64,000 nt of DNA from an uncultured Alphaproteobacteria bacterium (GTDB lineage: Bacteria > Pseudomonadota > Alphaproteobacteria > Rs-D84 > CACZYB01), in assembly GCA_944390685.1 (NCBI GenBank), contig CALXQL010000008.1:15676-79675 (forward strand), written 5' to 3'. Positions within the stretch are counted from its first letter, which is position 1; each line of letters begins with the position of its first letter. Both the position numbers and the translations under genes were made by a program. Under the pieces are notes generated by a model. That model did not search any database, was not told the origin of the DNA, and saw nothing but the letters and a program-made list of their open reading frames with translations. This document shows, piece after piece, positions 31,499 through 40,769 of the stretch.

Positions 31499-32071
31499 AT
31501 GACTTACTCTAATTATAATGAAATTAAATCTGATATTAACTCAAAAATGTCAAAGGCTATTGATGTATTAAAAAAGGATTTATCCGGTCTTAGAACTGGA
31601 CGCGCTTCTATCAATCTTCTTGATAATATTATGGTTATGGCTTATGGAACCCCTACTCCTATAAATCAAGTGGCTAGTCTTTCCACCCCTGATGCCAGAA
31701 CTATTTCCGTTTCCGTTTGGGATAAAACTATTGCTCCTGCAGTGGAAAAAGCTATTCGCGATTCCGATCTTGGGCTTAATCCTGCTTCCGATGGTACTTT
31801 GATTAGAATCACTCTTCCTACTCTTACAGAAGAAAGAAGAAAAGAACTTGTAAAAGTCGCAAATTCCTATGCCGAACAAGCAAAGGTTTCTATCCGTAAT
31901 ATTAGAAGAGATGCTATGGATGGTATTAAATCTTTGGAAAAAGATAAACTAATTTCCGAAGATGATCGTAAAACCTATGAAGATGAAGTGCAAAAAATCA
32001 CTGATAAATTCGTAGCTGATGTTGATGAACATTTAAAGTCAAAACAAACTGAAATTATGTCAATTTCTTAA
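31499..32071 (+). CDS. frr: Ribosome recycling factor
   Basis: Typical RRF sequence (DLSGLRTGRAS..LL, LNPASDG, RRDA). Start set at the ATG 7 nt after AAGGA; the track ORF starts at 31457. Confidence 0.9.
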   Translation: MTYSNYNEIKSDINSKMSKAIDVLKKDLSGLRTGRASINLLDNIMVMAYGTPTPINQVASLSTPDARTISVSVWDKTIAPAVEKAIRDSDLGLNPASDGTLIRITLPTLTEERRKELVKVANSYAEQAKVSIRNIRRDAMDGIKSLEKDKLISEDDRKTYEDEVQKITDKFVADVDEHLKSKQTEIMSIS

Positions 32072-32084
32072 ATGGGAGAAATTT

Positions 32085-32798
32085 ATGACTGAAACTAACC
32101 TCAAAATACCTTATCACATTGGAATAATCATGGATGGTAATGGAAGATGGGCAAAGAGTAGAGGTCTTCCTAGACATGTAGGTCATACCAATGGCGCAAA
32201 AGCTATGCAAAGGATTGTTGAGGCTTGTAAAAAGTTTGGCGTAAAAATATTAACTGCTTATGCTTTTTCAACTGAAAATTGGGCTAGACCAAAAGAAGAA
32301 GTAGATTTTTTAATGAATCTTTTTGCTAAATATCTTAAAACTCAGGCTGATAAACTTATTGAAAATAAAATTCATTTTAAAGTATTGGGCGATAAATCTC
32401 GTTTTTCAAAAGAAATTCAAGATTCTATGATCAAACTTGAAAATGATACAAAGGATTTTGATGAGTTTTATCTTAATGTCGCTATGAATTATGGAGCAAG
32501 AGAAGAAATTTTAAAGGCAGTAAGGGAAATCTCAACAGATGTAAAAAATGGTAATTTATCCATAAAGGATATAAATGCTGATGTATTTCAATCTCATCTT
32601 TATACAGCTGGGCAAAATGATCCTGATTTAATTATTAGGACAAGTGGGGAACAAAGATTAAGTAATTTCTTATTATGGCAATGTTCTTATAGCGAATTTT
32701 ATTTTCCTAAAATACATTTCCCCGATTTTGATGAGGAACAAATAAAACTTGCTATTGAAGAATATACAAAAAGGGATAGACGTTATGGAAAAGTTTAA
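32085..32798 (+). CDS. uppS: Ditrans,polycis-undecaprenyl-diphosphate synthase
   Basis: Motifs HIGIIMDGNGRWA and RTSGEQRLSNFLLWQ. Confidence 0.95.
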   Translation: MTETNLKIPYHIGIIMDGNGRWAKSRGLPRHVGHTNGAKAMQRIVEACKKFGVKILTAYAFSTENWARPKEEVDFLMNLFAKYLKTQADKLIENKIHFKVLGDKSRFSKEIQDSMIKLENDTKDFDEFYLNVAMNYGAREEILKAVREISTDVKNGNLSIKDINADVFQSHLYTAGQNDPDLIIRTSGEQRLSNFLLWQCSYSEFYFPKIHFPDFDEEQIKLAIEEYTKRDRRYGKV

Positions 32799-33651
32799 AA
32801 ATTTTATTGGTTTTTTTAGTGCTACTAATAGAAGATTAAGAATTACTTCTGCGGTAATTATGTTATTATTAGCATTTGTAATTTTTAAAATTGGTTTTTT
32901 TGCCGTATCTGGTTTGGCTTTGTTTATTGCTGGGGCAATGATTTATGAATATGATATAAAATTGTTTAAAACTAAATCTTGGAAATTTGCATGGGATTTA
33001 ATTTCTATATTATCCATTCTTATTTTATTTTGTGCAAATAGAATTTATAATAATTACCCTATCTATTATTTTTCTATCGCATTTATACTTTTATTCACAT
33101 TATCAAATATTATAAATATATCTTTGGATAAAAAACACTGGGTTTTGGAAAGTTTACCTCCTTTATATATAGGTTTCGGTTTAATGTCTTTCCTTTATAT
33201 TTATTTATATTCAAGCATTCTTTCTTTAATTTATGTATTTGTAATCACTATCACTACAGATAGTGGCGCTTATTTCATAGGTTCGTTAATTGGAGGCCCT
33301 AAACTTTGGGAAAAAATTAGCCCTAAAAAAACTTGGAGCGGTTCAATAGGTGGTGTATTATGTGCATTTGCCTTTGGAACCTCATATATAATTTTTTCTC
33401 TTTGGTTTTCTGGATTCGATCATTTTAATAGCGTTTATATATGGGGGCTTATCAGCATTTTACTTTCTATTTTATCTCAATTTGGAGATTTATTCGAATC
33501 TTGGCTTAAAAGAATTAATAATATCAAAGATTCAAGTAATATAATACCTGGACATGGTGGCGTGCTTGATAGATTTGATAGTTTTCTATTTGTGGCTCCT
33601 ATTATGGCATTGGTTATTGCTTTCACAAAAGTAGGTTATTTCATGTTATAA
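32785..33651 (+). CDS. cdsA: Phosphatidate cytidylyltransferase
   Basis: Polytopic protein with the CTP_transf_1 signature (SQFGDLFESWLKR..KDSSNIIPGHGGVLDRFDS). The probable start is MEKFKNF at 32785; the track ORF starts at 32749. Confidence 0.85.
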   Translation: MEKFKNFIGFFSATNRRLRITSAVIMLLLAFVIFKIGFFAVSGLALFIAGAMIYEYDIKLFKTKSWKFAWDLISILSILILFCANRIYNNYPIYYFSIAFILLFTLSNIINISLDKKHWVLESLPPLYIGFGLMSFLYIYLYSSILSLIYVFVITITTDSGAYFIGSLIGGPKLWEKISPKKTWSGSIGGVLCAFAFGTSYIIFSLWFSGFDHFNSVYIWGLISILLSILSQFGDLFESWLKRINNIKDSSNIIPGHGGVLDRFDSFLFVAPIMALVIAFTKVGYFML

Positions 33652-33675
33652 TTTTTTGGATATAGAGGTGTTAAA

Positions 33676-36621
33676 TTGAAAAATATTTTTAATATTTCTC
33701 CTCTTTATCCTTTTCTTGATGTGTTGGCTCAATTCGTTATTGATTCCGCACATAAACAAAATATCAATATTGCTAATGATATTATTTTACTGCCTACAAG
33801 AAGGGCTTGTCGTGCATTAAAAGATGTTTTTGCAAAACTTTCAGCCGGTAATAGTTTGCTTCCTAAAATTCTTCCTCTTGGTGATATTGATGAAGATGGG
33901 TTTGCCTTTCTTGATTATCAAAATGATAATTTGGATTTGATGGATTTACCTCCCGCTATTCCAGATATTGAACGAAATTTAATACTTTCTTCTTTAATTA
34001 AGAAAAAATCACCATCTCTTAATGATGAACAGGCTTTTTCTTTGGCTGTGGATTTGGCTCATCTTATGGACGTGGTGGAAATGGAAATGTTAGATTTCAA
34101 AAATCTTCAATATATAGTGCCGGAAAATCTTTCACTTTATTGGCAAGAAAATTTGGAATTTTTACAAATCATCACTGATTGGTATCCTCAAATATTAAAA
34201 GAACGGGGATATCTTAATCCTGTGGATAGAAAAATTAAACTGATTTATAAACAAGTAGAAGTTTGGCAAAAATACCCTATAAAAGGCCGGATATTTGCTT
34301 GTGGTTCTACGGCTTCTCTTGTTCCTATTTCTTATATGATTACATCTATTTCAAATATGGAAAATGGGTATGTGGTGCTTCCCCATCTTGATAAAATATT
34401 AAGTGATGAAGATTTTTATAATGTTGGGCAAAATCATCCTCAATATGGTATGAAAAATCTTCTTATTAAAATGAAAGTAAAAAGGGAAGAGATTATTGAT
34501 TTAAAACCTTTAAACCCTATTAAAAATATTGCTGATAAAGATAGGGAAATTTTATCCAGTTTCATCATGCTTAATTCATCTTTGTCGCAAACTTGGCAAA
34601 ATATGCCAAAGCTAAATAATGATGTATTAAATGGAGTGGAAAAATTATCCCTTAATAATGATGCTGATGAAACCTTGGCTATTGCATTTACTATTCGTAA
34701 AATGATTGAAGAAAATAAGAAAACTTTGCTTATTACTCCTAATAGAAATATTGCTAAGGCTGTGGCTTCCGAACTTAAACGATGGAATATTGATGTAGAT
34801 GATAGTGCCGGAACTGGGGCAAGTGAAATTCCAACAGGTAATTATTTCATCTTACTTATCAATGCCATTGTGGATAATTTTGCCCCTATTCCTTTGCTTT
34901 CCATATTAAAGCATTCTTTAACTCATTTTAATATGGATAAAGTTTATTTGGATAGCTTAGTAGATAATTTTGAACAATTTATTTTGCGTGAAAATTTTTC
35001 ATTAACTAATATTGATTTAATCATTTCAAAGTGTGAAGAATTTTCATTTATTAACAATAAATTTGATATAAACTCTATTTTAAATATTCTTTATTATATT
35101 AAAAAATCCCTTTCTTCTTTTCTTAATTTATTTAATGAAGATGGGAAAGCTTTTCTTTTTGATATATTAACAGAACATATAAAACTTGTTGAAAATTTTG
35201 TGCAAAATAATCAAAAAGAGCCGGATTTTTATTTAAATGCTTTATATAAAGGGGATTTAAATTCTCAATTCAGTGAAGGTTTAAGAAATCTTTTAGATAG
35301 CCTTTATAAATTAAAAGGTGATGATATTTCAAAAATGACTTTGAAATCATATAGGGATTTTATTGCCAATTATTTATTCAATTTGAAATTAAGACCTGTT
35401 ATTCAATCTCATCCATTAATTGCTATTATGAACTCTATTGAAGCAAGACTTCTTAATGCTGATGTGTTCATTTTGGCTGGATTAAATGAAAATACTTTTC
35501 CTTCGGTCAGTGCTGATGATCCTTGGATGAGTAGGCCTATGAAAGCGGAGTTTAAACTTCCTTTACCGGAAAGAAAAATTGGTTTGTCGTCTCATGATTT
35601 TGTGGAATTTTTTTGTAAGAAAAATGTCATACTTACAAGATCTCAAAAATCAGATGGACTTAATACAATTGAATCTAGGTGGCTTCAAAAACTTGATGCA
35701 ATTATTAAAATTAGTAATATCAATTTTTCTTCCAATAACGATATTTTGAATTGGATTCAAGTTTTTACAAAACCTTTATGTGATGTGCAAAAATGTAAAC
35801 GACCTATGCCTTGCCCTCCTCTTTATGCAAGACCAAAAGAATTATGGGCTACCAGCATTGAAAAACTTTATAAAGATCCTTATATAATTTTTGCTCGTTA
35901 TATATTAAATCTTAAAAAATTAAAGGATATAAATGCAGATACTTTACCAGCCGATTTTGGTGATATTGTTCATGCTTGTTTGGAAGAATTTAAAAATAAA
36001 AATCTTTCATCTATTGATGAATTAAAACAAATTTTTATCCGTAAATCTCTTGCCTTTCATAATATTGATATTATTGATTTTTGGTTTAAACAATTTGATG
36101 ATATTGCAAAAAATTTTATTGATTATGAAAACAATATTAAGGATTCTGTTAAACAAAGTTTTACCGAACTTGAAGGCTCTCTTAAAATAACCGACTTTTT
36201 TACATTAAAAGCAAAAGCGGATAGAATAGATATATTAAATGATAATAATGCTGTGGTTATGGATTATAAAACAGGTTATGCCCCTTCTGATAAAGAGGTA
36301 TTAAGTGGTTATGCTCCTCAACTTCCGTTAGAAGCCTTAATATTAAATAATAATGGTTTTAATATAAAAAATGCCAAAACTTCAAGTATGTTATATTTAA
36401 AACTTTCTTCAAAAGATGGAAAATATATAACTAATATTGATAAAAATATTGATGAAATTTTAGATAATACTTATAAATCTCTTATTGAAATAGTTTCAAA
36501 ATTTTATGATGAAAACACCCCTTATATTTCACGACCTAATCCCAATAAATTGGGGGATATGATAAAGAAATATTCAGACTATAACCATCTTGCCAGAGTA
36601 AAAGAGTGGGAAGAAGAATAA
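33676..36621 (+). CDS. addB: Double-strand break repair protein AddB (alphaproteobacterial type)
   Basis: 981 aa with a degenerate N-terminal helicase-like region (ILLPTRRACRAL) and a C-terminal PD-(D/E)XK nuclease motif (KADRIDIL..VVMDYKTG). TTG start after an AGAGGTG RBS. Confidence 0.75.
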   Translation: MKNIFNISPLYPFLDVLAQFVIDSAHKQNINIANDIILLPTRRACRALKDVFAKLSAGNSLLPKILPLGDIDEDGFAFLDYQNDNLDLMDLPPAIPDIERNLILSSLIKKKSPSLNDEQAFSLAVDLAHLMDVVEMEMLDFKNLQYIVPENLSLYWQENLEFLQIITDWYPQILKERGYLNPVDRKIKLIYKQVEVWQKYPIKGRIFACGSTASLVPISYMITSISNMENGYVVLPHLDKILSDEDFYNVGQNHPQYGMKNLLIKMKVKREEIIDLKPLNPIKNIADKDREILSSFIMLNSSLSQTWQNMPKLNNDVLNGVEKLSLNNDADETLAIAFTIRKMIEENKKTLLITPNRNIAKAVASELKRWNIDVDDSAGTGASEIPTGNYFILLINAIVDNFAPIPLLSILKHSLTHFNMDKVYLDSLVDNFEQFILRENFSLTNIDLIISKCEEFSFINNKFDINSILNILYYIKKSLSSFLNLFNEDGKAFLFDILTEHIKLVENFVQNNQKEPDFYLNALYKGDLNSQFSEGLRNLLDSLYKLKGDDISKMTLKSYRDFIANYLFNLKLRPVIQSHPLIAIMNSIEARLLNADVFILAGLNENTFPSVSADDPWMSRPMKAEFKLPLPERKIGLSSHDFVEFFCKKNVILTRSQKSDGLNTIESRWLQKLDAIIKISNINFSSNNDILNWIQVFTKPLCDVQKCKRPMPCPPLYARPKELWATSIEKLYKDPYIIFARYILNLKKLKDINADTLPADFGDIVHACLEEFKNKNLSSIDELKQIFIRKSLAFHNIDIIDFWFKQFDDIAKNFIDYENNIKDSVKQSFTELEGSLKITDFFTLKAKADRIDILNDNNAVVMDYKTGYAPSDKEVLSGYAPQLPLEALILNNNGFNIKNAKTSSMLYLKLSSKDGKYITNIDKNIDEILDNTYKSLIEIVSKFYDENTPYISRPNPNKLGDMIKKYSDYNHLARVKEWEEE

Positions 36622-36622
36622 T

Positions 36623-37270
36623 TTATCCTATTGTATTTGATAAAAGCCATTTATTATTTTTCACATTATAATTTCTTGTAAATTGCCATTTATCAACTAT
36701 TGTTTCAATTTGATTATCATCCCCTAAAATTATTTTATTGTTATCATCTTTTAAAACTATTGTTTGTTCTGTTGTAAATTCAACTATTATATCAGCAATT
36801 TTTTTATTTATATTTATATCCTTTATCATTATCTTTTTAAAACGGATGATTTCTGTATTTATTTTTTGTTTCTTTTTTTCCAATTCTTCAATGTTGCTTT
36901 CAAATAGCTTATATACATTTGGTGAAACATATTGTTTTAATGTTTCCCTATCCTGTTTTTCAAAAGCCTTTAATATATCACTAAATAAAACCTTACTATT
37001 TTCCATAAAAGATTGTGGTAGAAATTCCTTATCAATTTTTGATAATTTTTCCGCCTTTGTTTCAATACTTTCCGTTACAATAGTATTCAATAAATTTTTT
37101 GATATTTTTTTATTTGCTTGTTTTATAATACTTTTTATTATTTTTTTATTTGCTGTATTAGTTGCAATTATACTATTTATTTCAGCATTTTCAGGTTTAA
37201 ATACTTTATATATTGAAAAAAGTATTGTGACAAATAATATTATTATAAAAAAATCCATAAATGTTAACAT
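36623..37270 (-). CDS. Tim44-like domain protein (membrane anchored)
   Basis: N-terminal TM helix and a C-terminal Tim44-like fold (..IVEFTTEQ..DKWQFTRN..NKWLLSN). Divergent from secB, as is common in alphaproteobacteria. Confidence 0.7.
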   Translation of the reverse strand: MLTFMDFFIIILFVTILFSIYKVFKPENAEINSIIATNTANKKIIKSIIKQANKKISKNLLNTIVTESIETKAEKLSKIDKEFLPQSFMENSKVLFSDILKAFEKQDRETLKQYVSPNVYKLFESNIEELEKKKQKINTEIIRFKKIMIKDININKKIADIIVEFTTEQTIVLKDDNNKIILGDDNQIETIVDKWQFTRNYNVKNNKWLLSNTIG

Positions 37271-37352
37271 ATTTTACCTTTAAAAATTTGCTTGTTTAAT
37301 TTATATTATATAATATAGTATAATTATAATTAAATTTAAAGAGGAAAATAAA

Positions 37353-37838
37353 ATGAATCAAAATGTTCAAAATAATAATCAAATTATGCCAAAATTTGAA
37401 ATTCTTAATCAATTCATTAAAGATTTATCTTTTGAGGCTCCTAACTCTCCTAAAATTTTCTTTGATAAAATTGAAGATAAACCAAATATGGAAATCAATT
37501 TGGAAGTTAAATCAACTCCTGTTAATGAAAATTTATTTGAAATAGTTCTTCATATAAAAGTTAAAAATTCCGTAAAAGAAAATGTTCTTTTCTTTATTGA
37601 TCTTTCTTATGGCGCTATGGTAGTTCTTCATGAAAAAGATGAAGAAGTTAGAAAAAATATTCTTTTGAAATCTGTGCCTGCTCATATCTTCCCTTTTGTT
37701 AGAAGTTTAATTGCTGAATTAACAAAAGAAAGTGGATTTATGCCTTTGGTACTTCAACCTATTGATTTTAATGTTTTACAGGCTCAACCTATACCTCAAA
37801 ACAATCAAAACCCTCAACCTGCAAACGAAAATAAATAA
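37353..37838 (+). CDS. secB: Protein-export chaperone SecB
   Basis: 161 aa. The motif FEILNQFIKDLSFEAPNSP is typical of the SecB N-terminus, and the tail is acidic and polar. Confidence 0.85.
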   Translation: MNQNVQNNNQIMPKFEILNQFIKDLSFEAPNSPKIFFDKIEDKPNMEINLEVKSTPVNENLFEIVLHIKVKNSVKENVLFFIDLSYGAMVVLHEKDEEVRKNILLKSVPAHIFPFVRSLIAELTKESGFMPLVLQPIDFNVLQAQPIPQNNQNPQPANENK

Positions 37839-37847
37839 AGGCTTTAT

Positions 37848-38630
37848 ATGTTCAAAAATATTATTGCTTTTATAAGGTTATTTTTCTTTGTTTTTTGGAT
37901 GTTTGTGCAATTGCCTGTTTTATTCGTTGTGCATTTCACAAATCTTGTCCCAATTTATGCTATTTTCTTTTTTAAAGTAGTTTGCTTTATTTTGGGTATT
38001 AAAGTTAAAATTAAACAAGGAAAGCTTATTAATTCAAATAAGTTATTGATACTTTCTAATCATACCTCTTATTTGGATATTTTCGCTCTTAACTCTGTTT
38101 TTAAAACTTATTTCGTTTCAAAAGCAGATGTGAAAAAGTGGCCTATATTTGGTTTAATTGCTAACCTTGGAAATACTATTTATATTTCTCGTAATAGAAT
38201 GCAAGCAAAACAACAAATAAATGTTATTGATGATGCTTTTAAAAAATCTCCTATCCCTATCATCATTTTTCCAGAAGGGACTAGTTCAAATGGCTGTGAA
38301 GTACTTCCTTTTAAAAGTTCTATGTTTGCTTTGTTTGAAAATAGTATAGGTAAAACTGGTAATGATAATATTTCTATACAACCTATTTCTATTGCATATG
38401 TATCTCATAATGGTAAAAAAATGAATGATGAACAAAGATCTGTTTTTTCTTGGTGGAGAGACGATCAAACTATTGTTAATCATCTTTTTACCGCAATTAA
38501 GGCTATGCCTGTAGAAGTGGAAATTATTATTCATGATCCTATTGATATTTCAAAATTTAAAGATAGAAAAGAACTTGCAATCCATTGTCAAAAAATTGTT
38601 GAAGATGGTTTTTATAAACTTATTAAATAA
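37848..38630 (+). CDS. plsC: 1-acyl-sn-glycerol-3-phosphate acyltransferase family protein
   Basis: HX4D motif (NHTSYLDI) and the FPEGTSS motif. N-terminal TM helices. Confidence 0.8.
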   Translation: MFKNIIAFIRLFFFVFWMFVQLPVLFVVHFTNLVPIYAIFFFKVVCFILGIKVKIKQGKLINSNKLLILSNHTSYLDIFALNSVFKTYFVSKADVKKWPIFGLIANLGNTIYISRNRMQAKQQINVIDDAFKKSPIPIIIFPEGTSSNGCEVLPFKSSMFALFENSIGKTGNDNISIQPISIAYVSHNGKKMNDEQRSVFSWWRDDQTIVNHLFTAIKAMPVEVEIIIHDPIDISKFKDRKELAIHCQKIVEDGFYKLIK

Positions 38631-38644
38631 ATGTGAGGTGTTTT

Positions 38645-38827
38645 ATGTTAGGTAATAAACGTATTGCTATTGGTAATAATAGAAGAAAAGAACCTATTTC
38701 CAAAAATAAAATCTTTCTTATTATATCTATTCTTTTATTAGTATTTCTTGCCATATGGCAAATGCCAATCAAACAAAATGAGGTTTCACAAAAAATTGAA
38801 CCGCCTAAACCTATAGAAGTAAAATAA
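38645..38827 (+). CDS. Small bitopic membrane protein (hypothetical)
   Basis: 60 aa from the ATG that follows GAGGTG, with one TM helix. Follows plsC closely. No family recognised. Confidence 0.4.
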   Translation: MLGNKRIAIGNNRRKEPISKNKIFLIISILLLVFLAIWQMPIKQNEVSQKIEPPKPIEVK

Positions 38828-38846
38828 TAAGCGAGGTAAAACTCGC

Positions 38847-39149
38847 TTATTTTATAAATCTTTTATCGTTTATTTTTATTTTACTTAATATTGCTTCATT
38901 TAAATCTATATCACAACTTTGTGCCAAAGCATATAAATATATTGCCACATCCGCCATTTCATGTTTGAGAGAACTTTTATCTTCTTCCGGTATATCAGGT
39001 TTATTATATATATATTTATTTCTTATTGCAGATGCCAATTCCCCTAATTCACATGTTATACCGCATAATAATAACATTTTATCTTCTTTATCAAAATTCC
39101 ATCTTTTTCTTGCTTCTACTATCTCATTTTGTATATTTAAGTTGGTCAT
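38847..39149 (-). CDS. MazG-like all-alpha nucleotide pyrophosphohydrolase (second copy)
   Basis: ExxE (CELGELA) and ExxD (HEMADVAIY) motifs. 100 aa. Confidence 0.7.
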   Translation of the reverse strand: MTNLNIQNEIVEARKRWNFDKEDKMLLLCGITCELGELASAIRNKYIYNKPDIPEEDKSSLKHEMADVAIYLYALAQSCDIDLNEAILSKIKINDKRFIK

Positions 39150-39161
39150 GATAACCTCCTT

Positions 39162-40439
39162 TTATAACTCTTTTTTTATAATATTTGATATAGTATTATA
39201 AACTTCATCTATATTTATATTATTTTCATATTCTCCTTTCAATCCACTATATTTCATTTCAAAAACACCGGCTTCTTTATTCTTTTTACTAATTATTGCC
39301 CTTATAGGAGCGCCGATTAAATCAGCATTGGCGAATTTTGAACCTGCCCTATCATTTGTTGTATCAAGTATTACATCTATACCATCATTTGATAATTGTT
39401 CATATAACTTTTCAGAATAATTTATTATATCTGTTTCATCCCCTATACTTATTATATGAACCTTATATGGAGCAATATTCATATTAAACACTGCTTTACT
39501 TTCCGATTCACTTTGTTCCAATAAACAGGCAAGACATCTTGATACACCTATACCATAACAACCCATTATTGGATTTGTGGATTTACCTTCTTCGGTCATA
39601 TATTCTACTTTCATTGATTTAGTATATTTATCCCCTAATTGGAATATATTGCCTACTTCAACACCTCTTAATTTATTTAATTTTTTTCCACATTTTGGGC
39701 AAAGAAGTATATCCTCAGCATCTTTATCTGTTAAAACTTCTTTATTTGCTCTATAATCACAAGATTCACATACATATATTGTATCTTCTCCTATATCACT
39801 TATCATTTGAAATTCATGTGAAATCTTTCCACCCATATCCCCAGTAGGGGCAAGTATATCTATCACTTTTGATAGACCTATCTTTTCATATATGTTTTTA
39901 TAAGCATTTAGCATTTTATCATAAAATTCATTTAAAGAATCCCATGATGTATGGAAAGAATAAGCGTCCTTCATCATAAATTCTCTTGTTCTTATCAATC
40001 CGGCTCTTGCCCTTAATTCATCTCTATATTTTGTTTGAATTTGATATAAGCAAAATGGAAGTTGTTTATAACTTTGTAGACCGCTTCTTACATAATCACT
40101 TATTATTTCTTCATGTGTTGGATTTAAAACTGCATCCATACCTGCCCTTGTTTTAAATTTTAATAAAACATCAACACTTTCATATCTTTCACTTTCCTTC
40201 CATAATGATGCAGGTGATACCATAGGCATCAATATTTCTTGGCAATTCAATTTATTTAATTCTTCTCTTATTATTTTTTCTATATTTAATAATAATCTTA
40301 ATCCCAATGATGAATATGTGTATAATCCAGCACCAGTTTGATGGATATAACCTCCCTTTAATGCCAATTTATGTCCAGGTGTGGTTGCATCAGATGGAAG
40401 TTCCTTTGTTCTTTTTATAAATAAATTTTCTATTTTCAT
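39162..40439 (-). CDS. proS: Proline--tRNA ligase (short form without the INS editing domain)
   Basis: Class II motifs, 425 aa, a small CxxC..CxxC insert (CESCDY..CPKCGKK) and a C-terminal anticodon-binding domain. Confidence 0.9.
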   Translation of the reverse strand: MKIENLFIKRTKELPSDATTPGHKLALKGGYIHQTGAGLYTYSSLGLRLLLNIEKIIREELNKLNCQEILMPMVSPASLWKESERYESVDVLLKFKTRAGMDAVLNPTHEEIISDYVRSGLQSYKQLPFCLYQIQTKYRDELRARAGLIRTREFMMKDAYSFHTSWDSLNEFYDKMLNAYKNIYEKIGLSKVIDILAPTGDMGGKISHEFQMISDIGEDTIYVCESCDYRANKEVLTDKDAEDILLCPKCGKKLNKLRGVEVGNIFQLGDKYTKSMKVEYMTEEGKSTNPIMGCYGIGVSRCLACLLEQSESESKAVFNMNIAPYKVHIISIGDETDIINYSEKLYEQLSNDGIDVILDTTNDRAGSKFANADLIGAPIRAIISKKNKEAGVFEMKYSGLKGEYENNINIDEVYNTISNIIKKEL

Positions 40440-40687
40440 TATAATTCTTCTTTTATTGTTCCTTGTTTATCTTTATATCTAAATGTTATGCGACCTTTTG
40501 ATAAATCGTATGGTGTCATTTCGACATTTACTATATCCCCTACCATAACCCAGATTCTAAATTTTCTCATTTTTCCAGCGGTATGAGCTATGACTTGGTG
40601 TCCATTTTCCAATTCAACCTTAAACATTGCATTTGGAAGTTTATCTATAACTGTTCCTTTAAACTCTAATAATTCTTCTTTATCCAT
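40439..40687 (-). CDS. infA: Translation initiation factor IF-1
   Basis: S1-like fold ([35 protein letters not shown]) with a C-terminal extension of about 10 aa. Confidence 0.95.
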   Translation of the reverse strand: MDKEELLEFKGTVIDKLPNAMFKVELENGHQVIAHTAGKMRKFRIWVMVGDIVNVEMTPYDLSKGRITFRYKDKQGTIKEEL

Positions 40688-40769
40688 TTTTTTACCTTTT
40701 TTGTTGTTTTTATTCTATTTTTTATATATATTATAAAAATAATAATTAAATTGCAACAAGGATTTAACA

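Noticed and set aside
36738-37283. 181-aa plus-strand ORF antisense to the Tim44-like gene. Similar long antisense ORFs occur at 62770..63276, 62065..62418, 24169..24594, 29725..30204, 15891..16358, 4335..4709 and 10680..10976.
   Set aside because: These are shadow ORFs lying entirely inside well-supported genes on the other strand. They have low-complexity Phe/Ile/Leu/Ser-rich translations, no RBS and no recognisable domains. Such ORFs are expected in A/T-rich DNA where antisense stop codons are depleted.
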